From the NCBI RefSeq assembly GCF_009914755.1, contig NC_060928.1: a stretch of DNA of 64,000 nucleotides; one strand, 5' to 3'. The translations under genes were made by a program, and so were the position numbers. A model generated the notes under the pieces. That model ran no database searches and was not told the origin of the DNA. It saw only the letters and a program-made list of their open reading frames with translations. Of this stretch, positions 36,465 through 50,049 are shown in pieces. Each line of letters starts with the position of its first letter. Position 1 is the first letter of the stretch. Source of the DNA: the human T2T-CHM13v2.0 reference genome, Homo sapiens.

Positions 36465-36737
36465 AAGAACAGGAAACCAAACACTGCATGTTCTCACTCA
36501 TAAGTGGGACTTGAACAATGAGAACATATGGACACAAGGAGGGGAACATCACACACTGGCGCCTGTCAGGGGATCGGGGGCTAGGGGAGAGGTAGAGTTA
36601 GGAGAAATACCTAGTGTAGATGACAGGTTGATGGGTGCAGCAAACCACCATGGCACGTGTATACCTATGTAACAAACCTGCACATTCTGCACATGTACCC
36701 CAGAGCTTAAAGTATAATAATAATACTACTACTAAAA
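36465..36737 (+). mobile_element. 5'-truncated L1PA7/8-type 3' end
   Basis: CATGTTCTCACTCATAAGTGGGA...GGTGCAGCAAACCACCATGGCACGTGTATACCTATGTAACAAACCTGCAC...TTAAAGTATAATAA. Confidence 0.9.
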
Positions 36738-38106
36738 TCCTCCCCTGTGGAAAAAAATATAGTGTTTTTTTCAGACTTCATTTGGTCAGGCTTTGGGAGG
36801 AAGTAAACAGATTGAAAACCAAGTTTGCTTATCAACAGACTAGTCAAGATAAATTACGCAAAAATGAGAAAAGACACTCTGCTTCATTCTGCTAGATTTG
36901 AAGTGAAAACTTTACAGAGACACAATGCTGACAAAGAATGAGCTTTAATTAAGGCTGGATTATTTGTGTGAATGTGTGTGGTATTTTTCCCTCGAGGATT
37001 TCTTCTTTAGGGGCATAGCCATCCATCTGAGTTATTTTTTGATTGGATTTTGCGTAATTCCCCCCATTCACTTCAGCAGTGATATTACTGATGCACTGGC
37101 AATGATTTCTAAAAGCCCTTTCTGGCATATACTATGACCTCACTGGTATTCAATTCAAACACAAGAAGCCAGAAGAGAAGAAAATTCCTATCTTAAAGGC
37201 AAAATGACTGCAAAATCTAGAATGTTAAGTATTGAATGCAATGACTGATGGTTTTAATTTTGTTGTATAAAAGTATGAAGGGTATCAAACATTTTTGTTG
37301 AAACAATGTGCTAAAACTTACCAAAGCCTCACATCTGATTATGTTCAGTTTCAAGTATTTTAACCAACAGCCAAAAGGAGTCAAGACAAGATGGGGTCAC
37401 AGTGGAAGGTTCCTGTGTTAGAGAGATTTCCTCTTTTGAAGCAGGGCTCTGGTGGGGCAGTGAGGGAGGAGAGTAGCTCTGGCACACTGATGCAGCATAT
37501 GTAGCCAACCAGAGGGAGAAAAACAGAAAAGTCACATCCTAAAGGAGATGCAAAGGACCCATTGAGAGAACATTTTTAGGAAACAGGAAAGACAAGGAAA
37601 GTTTAAAACAAAAAAAAAAACAAGTTAAGGAAGCAGAGGGAGCCAAACAGCTTAAGTGGTCTGGGAGGAGTGTGGAGATGGAGCGTTAATCCCTGCAATG
37701 TCTCTTATGCTTCCAGCACATTGGCAAGGACAAATTATGCTTTTTGAAAGACCCAGGAGGGGTGATCAGAATCACATAGTAGATCCCAGCTCTGACTGTG
37801 GGCAGCCACCAACAAACTAACGATATGACCTGGGACTAGTAATTTATCTCTAGAAGGAGGGGGTCCAATTAAATAATCACTGAAGGCCTATTCGGGTATT
37901 GCTGTTGTTGTTAATATTAATTCTAATTAATGGATGACACAGAACTGGTATGACTGGAAAGAAAACTTAGGAACTATAGTAGAAAAAGGTCAAAGGCAAA
38001 ATCTGCTTGTATGATTCTCAGATATTCAGACTTTAGAATATGAAGGAAACACCAGACAGAGGGCTTTCTCTCTTCTCTGAAGTCCTTCTCTGTCAGGAGC
38101 ACCTTT

Positions 38107-41100
38107 ATTTATTTATTTAATTATACTTTAAGTTCTGGGGTACAGGTGCAGAATTTGCAGGTTTGCTGCATAGGTATGCACACGCCATGGTGGTTTGCTG
38201 CACCCATCAACCCATCATCTACATCAGGTATTTCTCCTAATACTATCCCTCCCCTAGCCCCCCACCCCCTGACAGGCCCTGGTGTGTGAAGTTCCCCTTC
38301 CTGTGTCCATGTGTTCTCATTGTTCAACTCCCACTTATGAGTGAGAAAACACGGTGCTTGGTTTTCTGTTCCTGTGTTAGTTTGCTGAGAATGATAGTTT
38401 CCAGCTTCATCCATGTCCCTGCAAAGCACATGAACTCATCCTTTTTTATGGCTGCATAGTATTCCATGGTGTATATATGTCACATTTTCTTTATCCAGTC
38501 TATCATTGATGGGCATTTGGGTTGGTTCCAAGTCTTTGTTATTGTGAACAGCGCTGCAATAAACATACCTGTGCATGTGTCTTTATAGCAGAATGATTTA
38601 CAATCCTTTGGGTATATATCCAGTAATGGGATTGCTGGGTCAAATGGTATTTCTGTTTCTAGATCCTTGAGGAATTGCCATACTGTCTTCCACAATGGTT
38701 GAACTAATTTACACTCCCACCAACAGTGTGAAAGCATTCCTATTTCTCCACATCCTCTCCAGCATCTGTTGTTTCCTGACTTTTTAATCATCACCACTCT
38801 AACTGGTGTGAGATAATGTCTCATTGTGGTTTTGTTTGCATTTCTCTAATGACCAGTGGTGATGAGCATTTTTTCATATGTTTGTTGACTGCATAAATGT
38901 CTTCTTTTGAGAAGTGTCTGTTCATATCCTTCACCCACTTTCTGATGGGGTTGTTTATTTCCTGTAAATTTGTTTAAGTTCTTTGTAGATTCTGGATATT
39001 AGCGCTTTGTCAGATGGATAGATTGCAAAAATTTTCTCTCATTCTGTAGGTTGCCTGTTCACTCTGATGATAGTTTCTTTGCTGTGCAGAAGCTCTTTAG
39101 TTTAATTAGATCCCATTTGTCAATTTGGGATTTTGTTGCCATTGCTTTTGGTGTTTTAGTCATGAAGTCTTTGCCCATGCCTATGTCCTGAATGGTATTG
39201 CCCAGGTTTTCTCTAGGGTTTTTATGGTTTCAGGTCTTATGTTTAAGTCTTTAATCCATTTTGAGTTAGCTTTTGTATAAGGTGTAAGGAAGGGGTCCAG
39301 TTTCAATTTTCTGCATATGGCTAGCCAGTTTTCCCAACACCATTTATTAAATAGGGAATCCCATTATTAAATAGGGAATCCTTTCCCCCTTGCTTGTTTC
39401 TGTCAGGTTTGTCAAAGATCAGATGGCTGAGATGTGTGATGTTATTTCTGAGGCCTCTGTTCTGTTCCATTGGTCTACATATCTATTTTGGTACCAGTAC
39501 CATGCTGTTTTGATTACTGTAGCCTTGTAGCATAGTTTGAAGTGAGGTAGCATGATGCCTCCAGCTTTGTTCTTTTTGCTTAGGATTGTCTTGGCTATGT
39601 GGGCTCCTTTCTGGTTCCATATAAAATTTAAAGTAATTTTTGCTAATTCAGTGAAGAAAGTCAATAGTAGCTTGAGGGGAATAGCATTGAATCTATAAAT
39701 TACTTTGTGCAATATGGCCATTTTTACTATTTTGATTCTGTCAATCAATGAGCATGGAATGATTTTCCATTTGTTTGTGTCCTCTCTTATTTCCTTGCAC
39801 AGTGGTTTGTAGTTCTCCTTGAATAGGTCCTTCACATCCCTTGTAAGTTATATTCCTAGCTATTTTATTCTCTTTGTAGCAATGTTGAATGGGAGTTCAC
39901 TCATGATTTGGCTCTCTGTTTGTCTATTATTGGTGTATAGGAATGCTTGTTATTTTTGCACACTGATTTTGTATCCCGAGACTTTGCTGAAATTGCTTAT
40001 CACCTTAAGGAGATTTTGGGCTGAGATGATGGGATTTTTTAAATATACAATCATGTCATCTGTAAACAGAGACAATTTGACTTCCTCTCTTCCTATTTGA
40101 ATACCTTTATTTCTTTCTCTTGCCTGATTGCCCTGGCCAGAACTTCCAATACTATGTTGAACAGGAGTGGTGAGAGAGGGCCTCCTTGTCTTGTGCCGGT
40201 TTTCAAAGGGAATCCTTCCAGTTTTTGCCCATTCAGTATGATATTGGGTGTGGGTTTGTCATAAATAGCTCTTATTATTTTGAGAAATGTTCCATCAATA
40301 CCTGGTTTATTGAGAGTTTTTAGCATGAAGGGCTGTTGAATTTTACTGAAGAACTTTTCTGTTTCTATTGAGATAATCATGTGGTTTTTGTCATTGGTTC
40401 TCTTTATGTGATGGATTTCATTTATTGATTTGTGTATGTTGAACCAGCCTTGCATCCCAGGGATGAAGCTAACTGGATCGTGGTGGATAAGCTTTTTGAT
40501 GTGCTGCTGAATTTGGTTTGCCAGTATTTTATTGAGGATTTTCACTTCGACGTTCATCAGGGATATTTGCCTGAAATTTTCATTTTTGTTGTGTCTCTGA
40601 CAGGTTTTCGTATCAGGATGATGCTGGCCTCATAAAATGAGTTAGGGAGGAGTCCCTCTTTTTCTATTGTTTGGAATAGTTTCAGAAGGAATGGTACAAA
40701 CTCTTCTTTGTACCTCTGATAGATTTCGGCCATGAATCCATCTGGTCCTGGACTTGTTTTGATTGGTAGGCTATTAATTACTGCCTCAATTTCAGAACTT
40801 GTTATTGGTCTATTCAGAGATTCGACTTCTTTCTGGTTTAGACTTGGGAGGGTGTATATGTCTAGGAATTTATCCATTTCATCTAGATTTTCTAGTTTAT
40901 TTGTGTTGAAGTGTTTATAGTATTCTCTTACGGTAGTTTGTATTTCTGTGGCACCAGTGGTGATATCCCCTTTATCATTTTTTATTGTGTCTGTTTTATT
41001 CTTCTCTCTTTTCTTCTTTATTAATCTGCCCAGGGGTCTATCTATTTTGTTAGTCTTTTCAAAAAAACAGCTCCTGGATTCATTAATTTTTTGAAGGATT

Positions 41101-43815
41101 TTTTGTGTCTCTATCTTCTTCAGTTCTGCTCTTATCTTAGTTCTTTCTTGTCTTCTGCTAGCTTTTGAATTTGTTTCCTTTTGGTTCTCTAGTTCTTTTA
41201 ATTGTGATGTTAAGGTGTCGATTTTAGATTGTTCCTGCTTTCTTAATCCTGAGTTCTAATTTGATTGCACTGTGGTCTGAGAGACTGTTTGTTATAATTT
41301 CTGTACTTTTGCATTTGCTGAGGAGTGTTTTACTTCCAATTATGTGGTCAATTTTAGAAAAAGTGTGATGTGGTGCTGAGAAGAATGTATATTCTGTTGA
41401 TTTAGCAGGGAGAGTTCTGTAGATGTCTATTAGGTCAGCTTCCTCCAGAGCAGAGTTCAAGTCCTGAATATCCTTGTTACTTTTCCATCTCGTTGATCTG
41501 TTTAATATTGACAGTGTGGTGTTACAGTCTCCCACTATTATTGTGTGGGAGTCTAAGTCTCTTTGTAGGTCTCTAAGAACTTGTTTTATGAATCTGAGTG
41601 CTCCTGTTTTGAGTGCATATATATTTAAAATAGCTCTTCTTTTTGCATTGATCCCTTTACCGTTATGTAATGCCCTTCTTTTTCTCTTTTGATCTTTGTT
41701 GGTTTAAAGTCTATTTTATCAAAGAGTAGGATTGCAACCCCTGCTTTTTTTTTTTTCCTTTCCATTTGCTTGGTAAATATTCCTCAACCCCTTTATTTTG
41801 AGCCTTTCTACCTTGGTGAATCTGATGGTTATGTGTCTTGGGGTTGCTCTTCTCAACGAGCATCTTTGTTGTGTTCTCTGTATTTCCTGAATTTGAATGT
41901 TGGCCTGTCTTGCTAGGTTGGGGAAGTTCTTCTGCATAATATCCTGAAGTGTTTTCCAACTTGGTTCCATTCTCCCTGTCACTTTTAGGTACACCAATCA
42001 AACGTACGTTTGGTCTTTTCACATAGACCCATATTTCTTGGAGGCTTTGTTCATTCCTTTTCATTCTTTTTTCTCTAATCTTACCTTCATACTTTATTTC
42101 ATTAAGTTGATCTTCAATCTCTGATATCCTTTTTTCCACTCGATCAATTTGGCTATTGATACTTGTGTATGCTTCACAAAGTTCTCATGCTTTGTTTTTC
42201 AGCTCCATCAGGTCATTTATGTTCCTCTCTAAAGTGGTTATTCTAGTTAGCAATTCCTCTAACCTTTTTTCAAAGTTCTTAGCGTCCTTGCATTGGGTTA
42301 GAACATGCTCCTTTAGCTCAGAGGAGTTTGTTATTACCCACTTTCTGAAACCTAGTTCTGTCAATTCGTCAAACTCATTCTCCGTCCATTTTTGTTCCCT
42401 TGCTGGTGAGGAGTTGTGATCCTTTGGAGGAGGAGAGGCGCTCTGGTTTTTGGAATTTTCAGCCTTTTAAACTGGGTTCTCCTCATCTTCATGGACTTCT
42501 CTACTTTTGATCTTCGATGTTGGTGACCTTCGGATGGGGTTTCTGAGTGGATGTCCTTTTTGTTGATGTTGATGCTATTCCTTTCTGTTTGTTAGTTTTC
42601 CTTCTAACAGTCAGGCCCCTCTGCTGCAGGTTTGCTGGAGTTTGCTGGAGTCCACTCCAGATCCTGTTTGCCTTGGTATCACCAGCAGAAGCTGCAGAAC
42701 AGCAAAGATTGCTGTCTGTTCCTTCCTCTGGAAGTTTCGTCCCACAGGGGCACCCGCCAGCTGCCAGTAAGAGCTCTCCTGTATGAGGTGTCTGTCAGTC
42801 CCTGCTGGGAGGTGTCTCCCAGTCAGGAAACACGGGGGTCAGGGACCCACTTGAGGAGGCAGTCTGACACTTAGCAGAGCTCAAGTGTTATGCTGGGAGA
42901 TCTGCTGCTCTCTTCAGAGCCAGCAGGCAGGGACATTTAAGTCTGCTGAAGCTGTGCCCACAGCCACCCCTTCCCCCAGGTGCTCTGTCCGGGGAGATGG
43001 GAGTTTTACCTATAAGCCCTTGACTGGGGCTGCTGCCTTTTTTTCAGAGATGGCCTGCCCAGAGAGGAGGAAACTAGAGAGGCAGTCTGGCTAAAGTGGC
43101 GTTGCTGAGCTATGGAGGGCTCTGCCCAGTTGTAACTTTCCTGCAGCTTTGTTTACACTGTGAGGGGAAAATCGCCTACTCAAGCCTCAGTAATGGCAGA
43201 CGCCCCTCCCCCCACCAAGCTTGAGTGTCCCAGGTTGACTTCAGACTGCTGTGCTGGCAGCGAGAATTTCAAACTAGTGGGTCTTAGCTTGCTGGCTCCA
43301 TTGGGGTGGGATCCACTGAACTAGACCACTTGGCTCCCTGGCTTCAGCTCCCTTTCCAGGGGAGTGAACAGTTCTGTCTTCCTGGTGTTCCAGGCACCAC
43401 TGGGGTATGAAAAAAAACTCCTGCAGCTAGCTCAGTGTCTGCCCAAATGGCCGTCCAGTTTTGTGCTTGAAACCCAGGGCCCTGATGACACCTGAAGGAA
43501 TCTAGTCTGTGGGTTGCAAAGACCATGGGAAAAGCATAGTATCTTGGCTGGAGTGCACCGTTCCTCATGGCACAGTCCCTCACAGCTTCCCTTGGCTAGG
43601 GGAGGGAGTTCCCCAACCCCTTGTGCTTCCTGGATGAGGTGATGCCCCACCCTGCTTTAGCTGGCCTTCCGTGGGCTGCACCCACTGTCTAACCAGTTCC
43701 AGTGAGATGAGCTGAGTACCTCAGTTAGAAATGCAGAAATCACCCACCTTCTGTGTTGATCTCCCTGGGAGCTGCAGACCAGAGGTGTTCCTATTCGGCT
43801 ATCTTGCTAGCCTCC
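38107..43815 (-). mobile_element. Full-span L1PA7/8-type LINE-1 with two internal deletions; ORF1 and ORF2 disrupted
   Basis: 5' UTR ~42900-43815; ORF1 and ORF2 fragments in the ORF track (EN: HHTFSKIDHIIG; RT: [18 protein letters not shown]; C-term: [13 protein letters not shown]); 3' UTR and tail at 38107; TSD CAGGAGCACCTTT (38094-38106) / CAGGAACACCTTT (43816-43828). Confidence 0.95.
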
Positions 43816-44977
43816 CAGGAACACCTTTGATAACATGATCATTGCCTGACTTCCCATTTTGCCACCTCTTCCATTCACTTTTGAAACCTTACTTTAGAAA
43901 AGATCAGAACTTTTACTTGTACATCAAGGGTGATGAGAGGTGAAGTGACTAATTCTTTTTAGAACTTGGGACCATGGAAAACATGGGATTCCTCACTTTT
44001 GGAAGTTGTAAGCCTACAATCTTGGCAGTACAGCTTCTGAATTCTGATGCTGTAAACATATAACAACTTGTATACAAGACGGAGTGAACTCCGGATTCTT
44101 AGTAATTAATTTGTTTTACAGAAAGAGAAATGATTTTTTTTAAGCTTGGAAAGTAAGAGGATCTTACTGTTTAAATGCATTGGAAAAAATACGGCCTTAT
44201 GAGTAACTAGCTAGCATTTAATGCACTTCAATCTTGATTTACAGTGAAATATGGAATAACTTTCCACTAAGCAAGGAATTTTCTCTGTGCCTTTTCAATT
44301 TCCCATCTTTATTTTCTGAAATAATTTTAGTATTTAGAACATTTATTTTTGCTTTTCTTCTTAGGTTTTTTCTTATCTGTGTGGAATGATTAAATTCCAT
44401 TTAAAAATCAGTTAAATAGTTAACTCCAAATCCCAAGCCTGAAGTTTATTACTGTTTTCTGAATAACCATCTTGCCTCAGATAATTCACTCCATTGGATG
44501 TGGCCTGAAGGTATAACTCTACAACTCCAGACTGACTGTTTGCTAATGAAAGATTAGCTGGTTGTTTGTTCTGTAAAATTTCAAACAAGCAAAATAGCTA
44601 CTCTTAATTAACTGAATAAAGACCAGACCATGTTGTCATTTCTTAAGTGTTTCCATTATTCTGACTCAGATAATTAAAAGGCAGATGGCACCTATTTGTT
44701 ACACTGTGCATTCGTGTTGTGGGGCAGAAGCAAGGACAGGAATGGAATTGGATGATTTAAGCCTTCAAAAGCCGTCTCAGCTTTTCTTGCAAAAAGCAAT
44801 TTTTCTCTGTTTCAAAATAGAGAAATTTCTTTTTAAAAATTTAGAGGAAGATAAAGCGTCTCCTGTTCTTGTTATTCATCATCTCATTAAAAAACCCAAA
44901 TTGTCATTCTTCTTTGCAGAAATTACACAGGTCCTTTTTCTAGGTAAATTAGAATAAAAATACAAAGTGGCTTCTGT

Positions 44978-45118
44978 ATTTAAGTATTTTAAAAATGCTT
45001 AATCCTTAAATGCTTAAATTAATTAAATACTTAAAATACTTAATTAAATTTAAATTAAATAATTTAAATACTCAAATACTTAAATTCTATATTGAAGAAT
45101 TTAAAAAATGCTTAATCC
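44978..45118. repeat. AT-rich patchwork between 15-bp direct repeats
   Basis: AAAAATGCTTAATCC at 44991-45005 and 45104-45118, flanking repeated AAATACTTAA/AAATGCTTAA pieces. Confidence 0.75.
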
Positions 45119-45428
45119 AGTAAGGTAAACTACTTGTTAAACGTATTCACTGATCTATTCAATAAGTTATGAAGCATCTACTGTGCACCCACCTAATCCT
45201 TAAAGCACCAGATAATTCCACACAGTTTTTACAGCTGAGCGTGTCAATTATCATTCTGAATAGCTCACCATAAAGTGCTTTACCAGATTAAACACAGATT
45301 TCAATTTTTTATTCACTTTGGCTCATGTTGCAAGATTAGAGAAATATGATACATATTAACTTTCAACACTCAATAGGCCTCATAGATCTGGAAACACATG
45401 GACCAGGATTTTATTTAAATATACATAG

Positions 45429-45867
<439 letters not shown>

Positions 45868-46244
45868 TGACATGAGAGCAGTCAAGATTATCCAAAAGAA
45901 GCTTGGCCGTGCTCAAAGGTTGGAGTGAACTCACAGATAGGCTATGTATGGAAAAGCCGGGCCAACTAGAACACCCCAGGATAGTCATGAGGAAATCCAA
46001 GTCAAAGTTAACAGGAAATATACAGTTGTATTGGTGGGGTGATATAAATAGGAAAAAGAATAATGAGGTTAGAAATTGGGAGTATCTGAAGGCTCAATCT
46101 AAAATACGTAATGGCAAATGATTCAGGGCTAAGATTAAGCAAAAACGTTTGAGGCCCATTTTATGAGTATTGACAGCCTCTAAAAGTGAGAGCCTGGAGA
46201 CCTAAAAACATTATAGGACAAGACAAGGGTCACTGATAAGCCCA

Positions 46245-46693
46245 TGTATTAGCTCCCTATGGCTGCTAAAACAGGTTACCAAAAAACCTGGTGGCTTAAA
46301 ACAACAGATATTTATGCTGTTACAATTCTGGATGCCAGAAGTCCAAAAGTGGTTTTACTGGGCTGAAATCAAGGTATTGGCAGGGCTGGGCTACCTCAGG
46401 AGGCTCTAGATGACTTCTGGTGGTTGCCAGCATTCCTTGGCTTGTGGCTGAGTCATTCTGATCTCTGCCTCTGTGATCACATTGCTTCCTCCTCTGCATG
46501 TGTTAAATTTTCCCCTGTTTCTCATTTAGTAAAGACACATGTGATTGCACTTAGGACCCACCTAGATAATCCAGAACAATCCTCCCATCTCAGTATCCAT
46601 AACTTAATCTGTAAGGCTTCTTTTTTCCTATATCAGGTAACAGGGATTAGGACATGAATGTATTTTGGGGTGCCATGTTTTTAGCCTATGACA
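46245..46693 (-). mobile_element. MLT1D/C-type MaLR LTR
   Basis: TGTATTAGCTCCCTATGGCTGC...GGTGGCTTAAAACAACAG...ACTGGGCTGAAATCAAGGT...GGACCCACCTAGATAATCCAG. Confidence 0.8.
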
Positions 46694-47020
46694 TTCTGTA
46701 AGTTTCAGATGATGGAAAAACCCAGATTCAATTGGCTCAATGGTAGGAGAGAGTTCCGTAAAACTTAACCCACTGAAGATATTTCACCTTACTCTGATTT
46801 TATCTCCTCTCTACATCTCTCAGAGGTGAAACATGGAAGCCAGATAAACAGTTACAGCTATTTACTGTGGCACCTTGGCATGACTGTCATTCTGGGAAGC
46901 CTCTTAAAGAAAATTCCAGAGTCATGTTTAGGAATGTAAGTGAAAAAGCTCTTGTGGTGGAGGAAAGAGGGTAGGGAGGGAGAAGAAGAGACGAGAAGAA
47001 CAGAGAGGAGGAAAGGGAGG

Positions 47021-47407
47021 TGATGTGGTTTGGGTCTGTGTTCTCATCCAAATCTCATGTCAAGTTGTAATCCCCAAGGTTGGAGGTGGGGCCTGGTGGG
47101 AGGTGACTGGATCACGGGGGCAGATTTCCCCTTTGATGTTGTTCTCATGATAGCATGTGAGTTATTGCAAGATCTGTTTGTTTAAAAGTGTGTAGCACCT
47201 CCCACTTTGCTCTCTTCCTTCTGCTCTAGCCACTTAAGATGTGCCTGCTTCCCCTTCACCTTCCTTCAGGATTGTAATTATCCTGAGGCCTTGCCAGCCA
47301 TGCTTCCTATACAGGCTGTGGAACTATGAGGCAATTAAATCTCTTTTCTTTACAAGTTACCCAGTCGCAGCTATGTCTTTATAGCAGTGTGAAAATGGGC
47401 TAGTACA
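47021..47407 (+). mobile_element. MSTA/THE1D-type MaLR solo LTR
   Basis: TGATGTGGTTTGG...CAAATCTCATG...CTTTATAGCAGTGTGAAAATGGGCTAGTACA; perfect 5-bp TSD GGAGG. Confidence 0.9.
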
Positions 47408-47799
47408 GGAGGGCAGGAAGGAATAAGAACTATTAAAGGGCAGAGTAAAGGTAGGAGATAGGGAAGGAAAAGAGGAGGATCTTATATTTGCACACGAGTA
47501 TTCAGTTTTTAACCAGAGGTTTTAATCATTTTGATTGAATTACACAGCCATTTATAATTAAACATTAATTAATAACATTGTTTGTATGGATTTATGCGTG
47601 TTGACACAGCCTGAGTAGAAGAATCAAAGGCCAGCTCCTCTTCAAAACATCTTTTGAATTCCCCTGATAGAATTACTCCCTACCTCCTGCTTTGTTCTGC
47701 AGAGTATTTCATACATTGACTCGTAGCACTGCATTGTGACTATGCATTGCGTAGCTTTCTCTCTAGAAGATTATGAGCTCTGTGGGAGAGGAACTAGTC

Positions 47800-48030
47800 C
47801 ATATAACTAATATTTATTGAGCACTTTTTCTGTGTTAGGCATTTTGAAAAGGACAATCCTATAAGATAAATATTTGTATTATTACTTTAAAGATGATAAA
47901 ACCAAAGCAATGAAAGTTAAGTATTATCAAGTTCACAGAGCAAAAAAAAAAGGTAGAGCTGGGGTTTGAAGGCAGGCAGTCTGATTCCCAAGCCTTCACT
48001 CTTAAGTAATCTAATGTATTATCCAACCTT
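47800..48030 (-). mobile_element. MIR SINE
   Basis: TATTTATTGAGCACTT...GTAGAGCTGGGGTTTGAAGGCAGGCAGTCTGATTCCCAAGCC. Confidence 0.7.
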
Positions 48031-48174
48031 GTACCTAACACAAAAGATAATTTTTACTTGAATTGTTAGTAGTCAAATTCTTTGAAAGTTGAATGAGCTA
48101 TTTTCTTTAAGATGTAACCTGACTTTACTGGAGTTTTTAAAAGCATTTTTTAAAGGAAAATTGTTGCCTTAGTG

Positions 48175-48180
48175 TCTCTT

Positions 48181-48220
<40 letters not shown>

Positions 48221-48312
48221 CACACACACACACACACACGTATACGTATGTATGTATATGTGCATAGATATATATATACACATATATATGCATATATGTA
48301 CATATATATATC
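48175..48312. repeat. Compound microsatellite (TC)n(TA)n(CA)n plus TA/TG-rich tract
   Basis: Directly visible dinucleotide runs. Confidence 0.95.
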
Positions 48313-50049
48313 GATGCCATCTCAGGTGAAGTGAGAAATGCCTCTGATTAGACGCATCAAAGAATGAAGCTGTAAGCCATTGTGATAACTTCAAACTTCA
48401 AGCAGCTTCCACTGGTGTTAGAGTGAGGCAAGGAAAGGTAAAATGAAGATATTATTTCAAGTTTATTTGTTAATGGACATAATTTATTTTGCACAACTGA
48501 AAAAATGGTCTCAGAAGGTCAAAATATACATGCAATCTGTATGGTGAATAAAAATAAATGAACAAAGTAGGGTTTGTGGGAGGACTGAGCTACTGTATTT
48601 AACTCATTGTTGTATTCAATAAACATTTATTGGGTGCCAATCTGTTTAGAGGCCTCCAAGGGGAAATTCCAAATGTGAGCCACTGAATAGTATCTCTATC
48701 TACCTCTGCACCATCAGGAAGTCTGGGAATGTCATCCCATCATTTGAACTTTGTTTGATAATTTTTTTGTATAACATCTATTTTTCTTAGAGAATTTAAT
48801 AGCAACTTGAGGATAGGGATTGTGGCTCATAGTTTTCCTGTCTTCTGGTGATGTCTACAAGGACTGTTCTCACAATTGTTGGTTAATAAATAGTTGCTGA
48901 ATGCATGAATAAATGGGGGAATCAGTCAATCGACAAAGCTTGTTTATTCCCAGTTTAAAAAACAACAGCAAAGAGTAGAAAATGTTACTAGGTTGAAACA
49001 TTGATTTGATTCAAAGGTTTCAGGTATTGTCAAGGAATTCAAAATCTCTCTTCATCCTACCTTCATTATTTGTCTTTCTTTTTCTCCTTTACTCGTTTCT
49101 TTTTCCCTTTTCTATTTCTCACTTTTTTCTTTCTTTGTCCAACTACTAATAGTTCCCCATGATCCCTTTCATTAACTAAATAGATATGTGTGTTGATGGG
49201 GAAAGGAACGAGATTAAAAAATGTGATTTTGATTTTAGATTTTTAGGGTTTGCAATACAAGTGAGGTATCAGAAAGTTATGATATGGAAACATTAATTCA
49301 TAGGGGGTGGAGCTCTTACATAGATTTGGGATTTATCTACATGAAGGTAATATTTGAAGGTGTGGGAGTAGGTGCGACCACATTGACTTAAACATGGCAC
49401 CAGAGTTTACTTTACGGTGAAACACTGGCTTCTCCTACTTCTGTCAATGCTTATGACAGCAAAACTGTTAATAGCAATTACTATGTCTCAGACATAGTAA
49501 TTGTAATTATAGTAATATGTTATTATATATTGTAGTATATATTGTAATTCTAGTGATATAGTTGTGTGCTTCTTAAAGCAATGTTGATACTATGATCTGA
49601 TCTTACAGTCAGCTGGTTATTTGTAGTATTTGCTGAACTGTTATTCATCTAATTTCCTTTTTTCAGATTGTGTGACACAGGACAAATTGTTTAACTTTTC
49701 TAATATATTTAATTTTCTGTTTGTATGACTTTATGTTCTTCATCATTACCATTAACAAAAACTATATTTTGTCACTTTGTCACTTAATGTTTATGCATAA
49801 TAGTAAAAACAGAGATCATTAAATGAGTGCTGCACTTTCTCTCTAATAGCCATTATGCTATGCTCTTTAGGTATACATTTATCTTCTCTAAGCCTCATAA
49901 TAATTATATGAAAAAACTGAGGCTTAGTGAATATTATTAATTTGTTCAAGATGGACAGATAGTGAGGTAGAATTTGAAACAACGTGTCCAGTTACAAATA
50001 CCATGCAATTCACCAAAGGTCTACTTTTCCTGATGGTACTGTCTCTTCT

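Noticed and set aside
41795-41820. ORF1-ORF2 junction as a splicing product
   Set aside because: The ORF2 side is near a CATAG acceptor, but the ORF1 side retains GTAGAAA and the removed sequence would not start with GT
38121-42139. L1 ORF1/ORF2 as active CDS
   Set aside because: Broken into many short frames by stops, frameshifts, two deletions and a 20-bp duplication
49645-49700. Possible splice acceptor (CTAAT...TTCCTTTTTTCAG)
   Set aside because: No matching donor or reading frame downstream; such motifs are frequent in T-rich DNA
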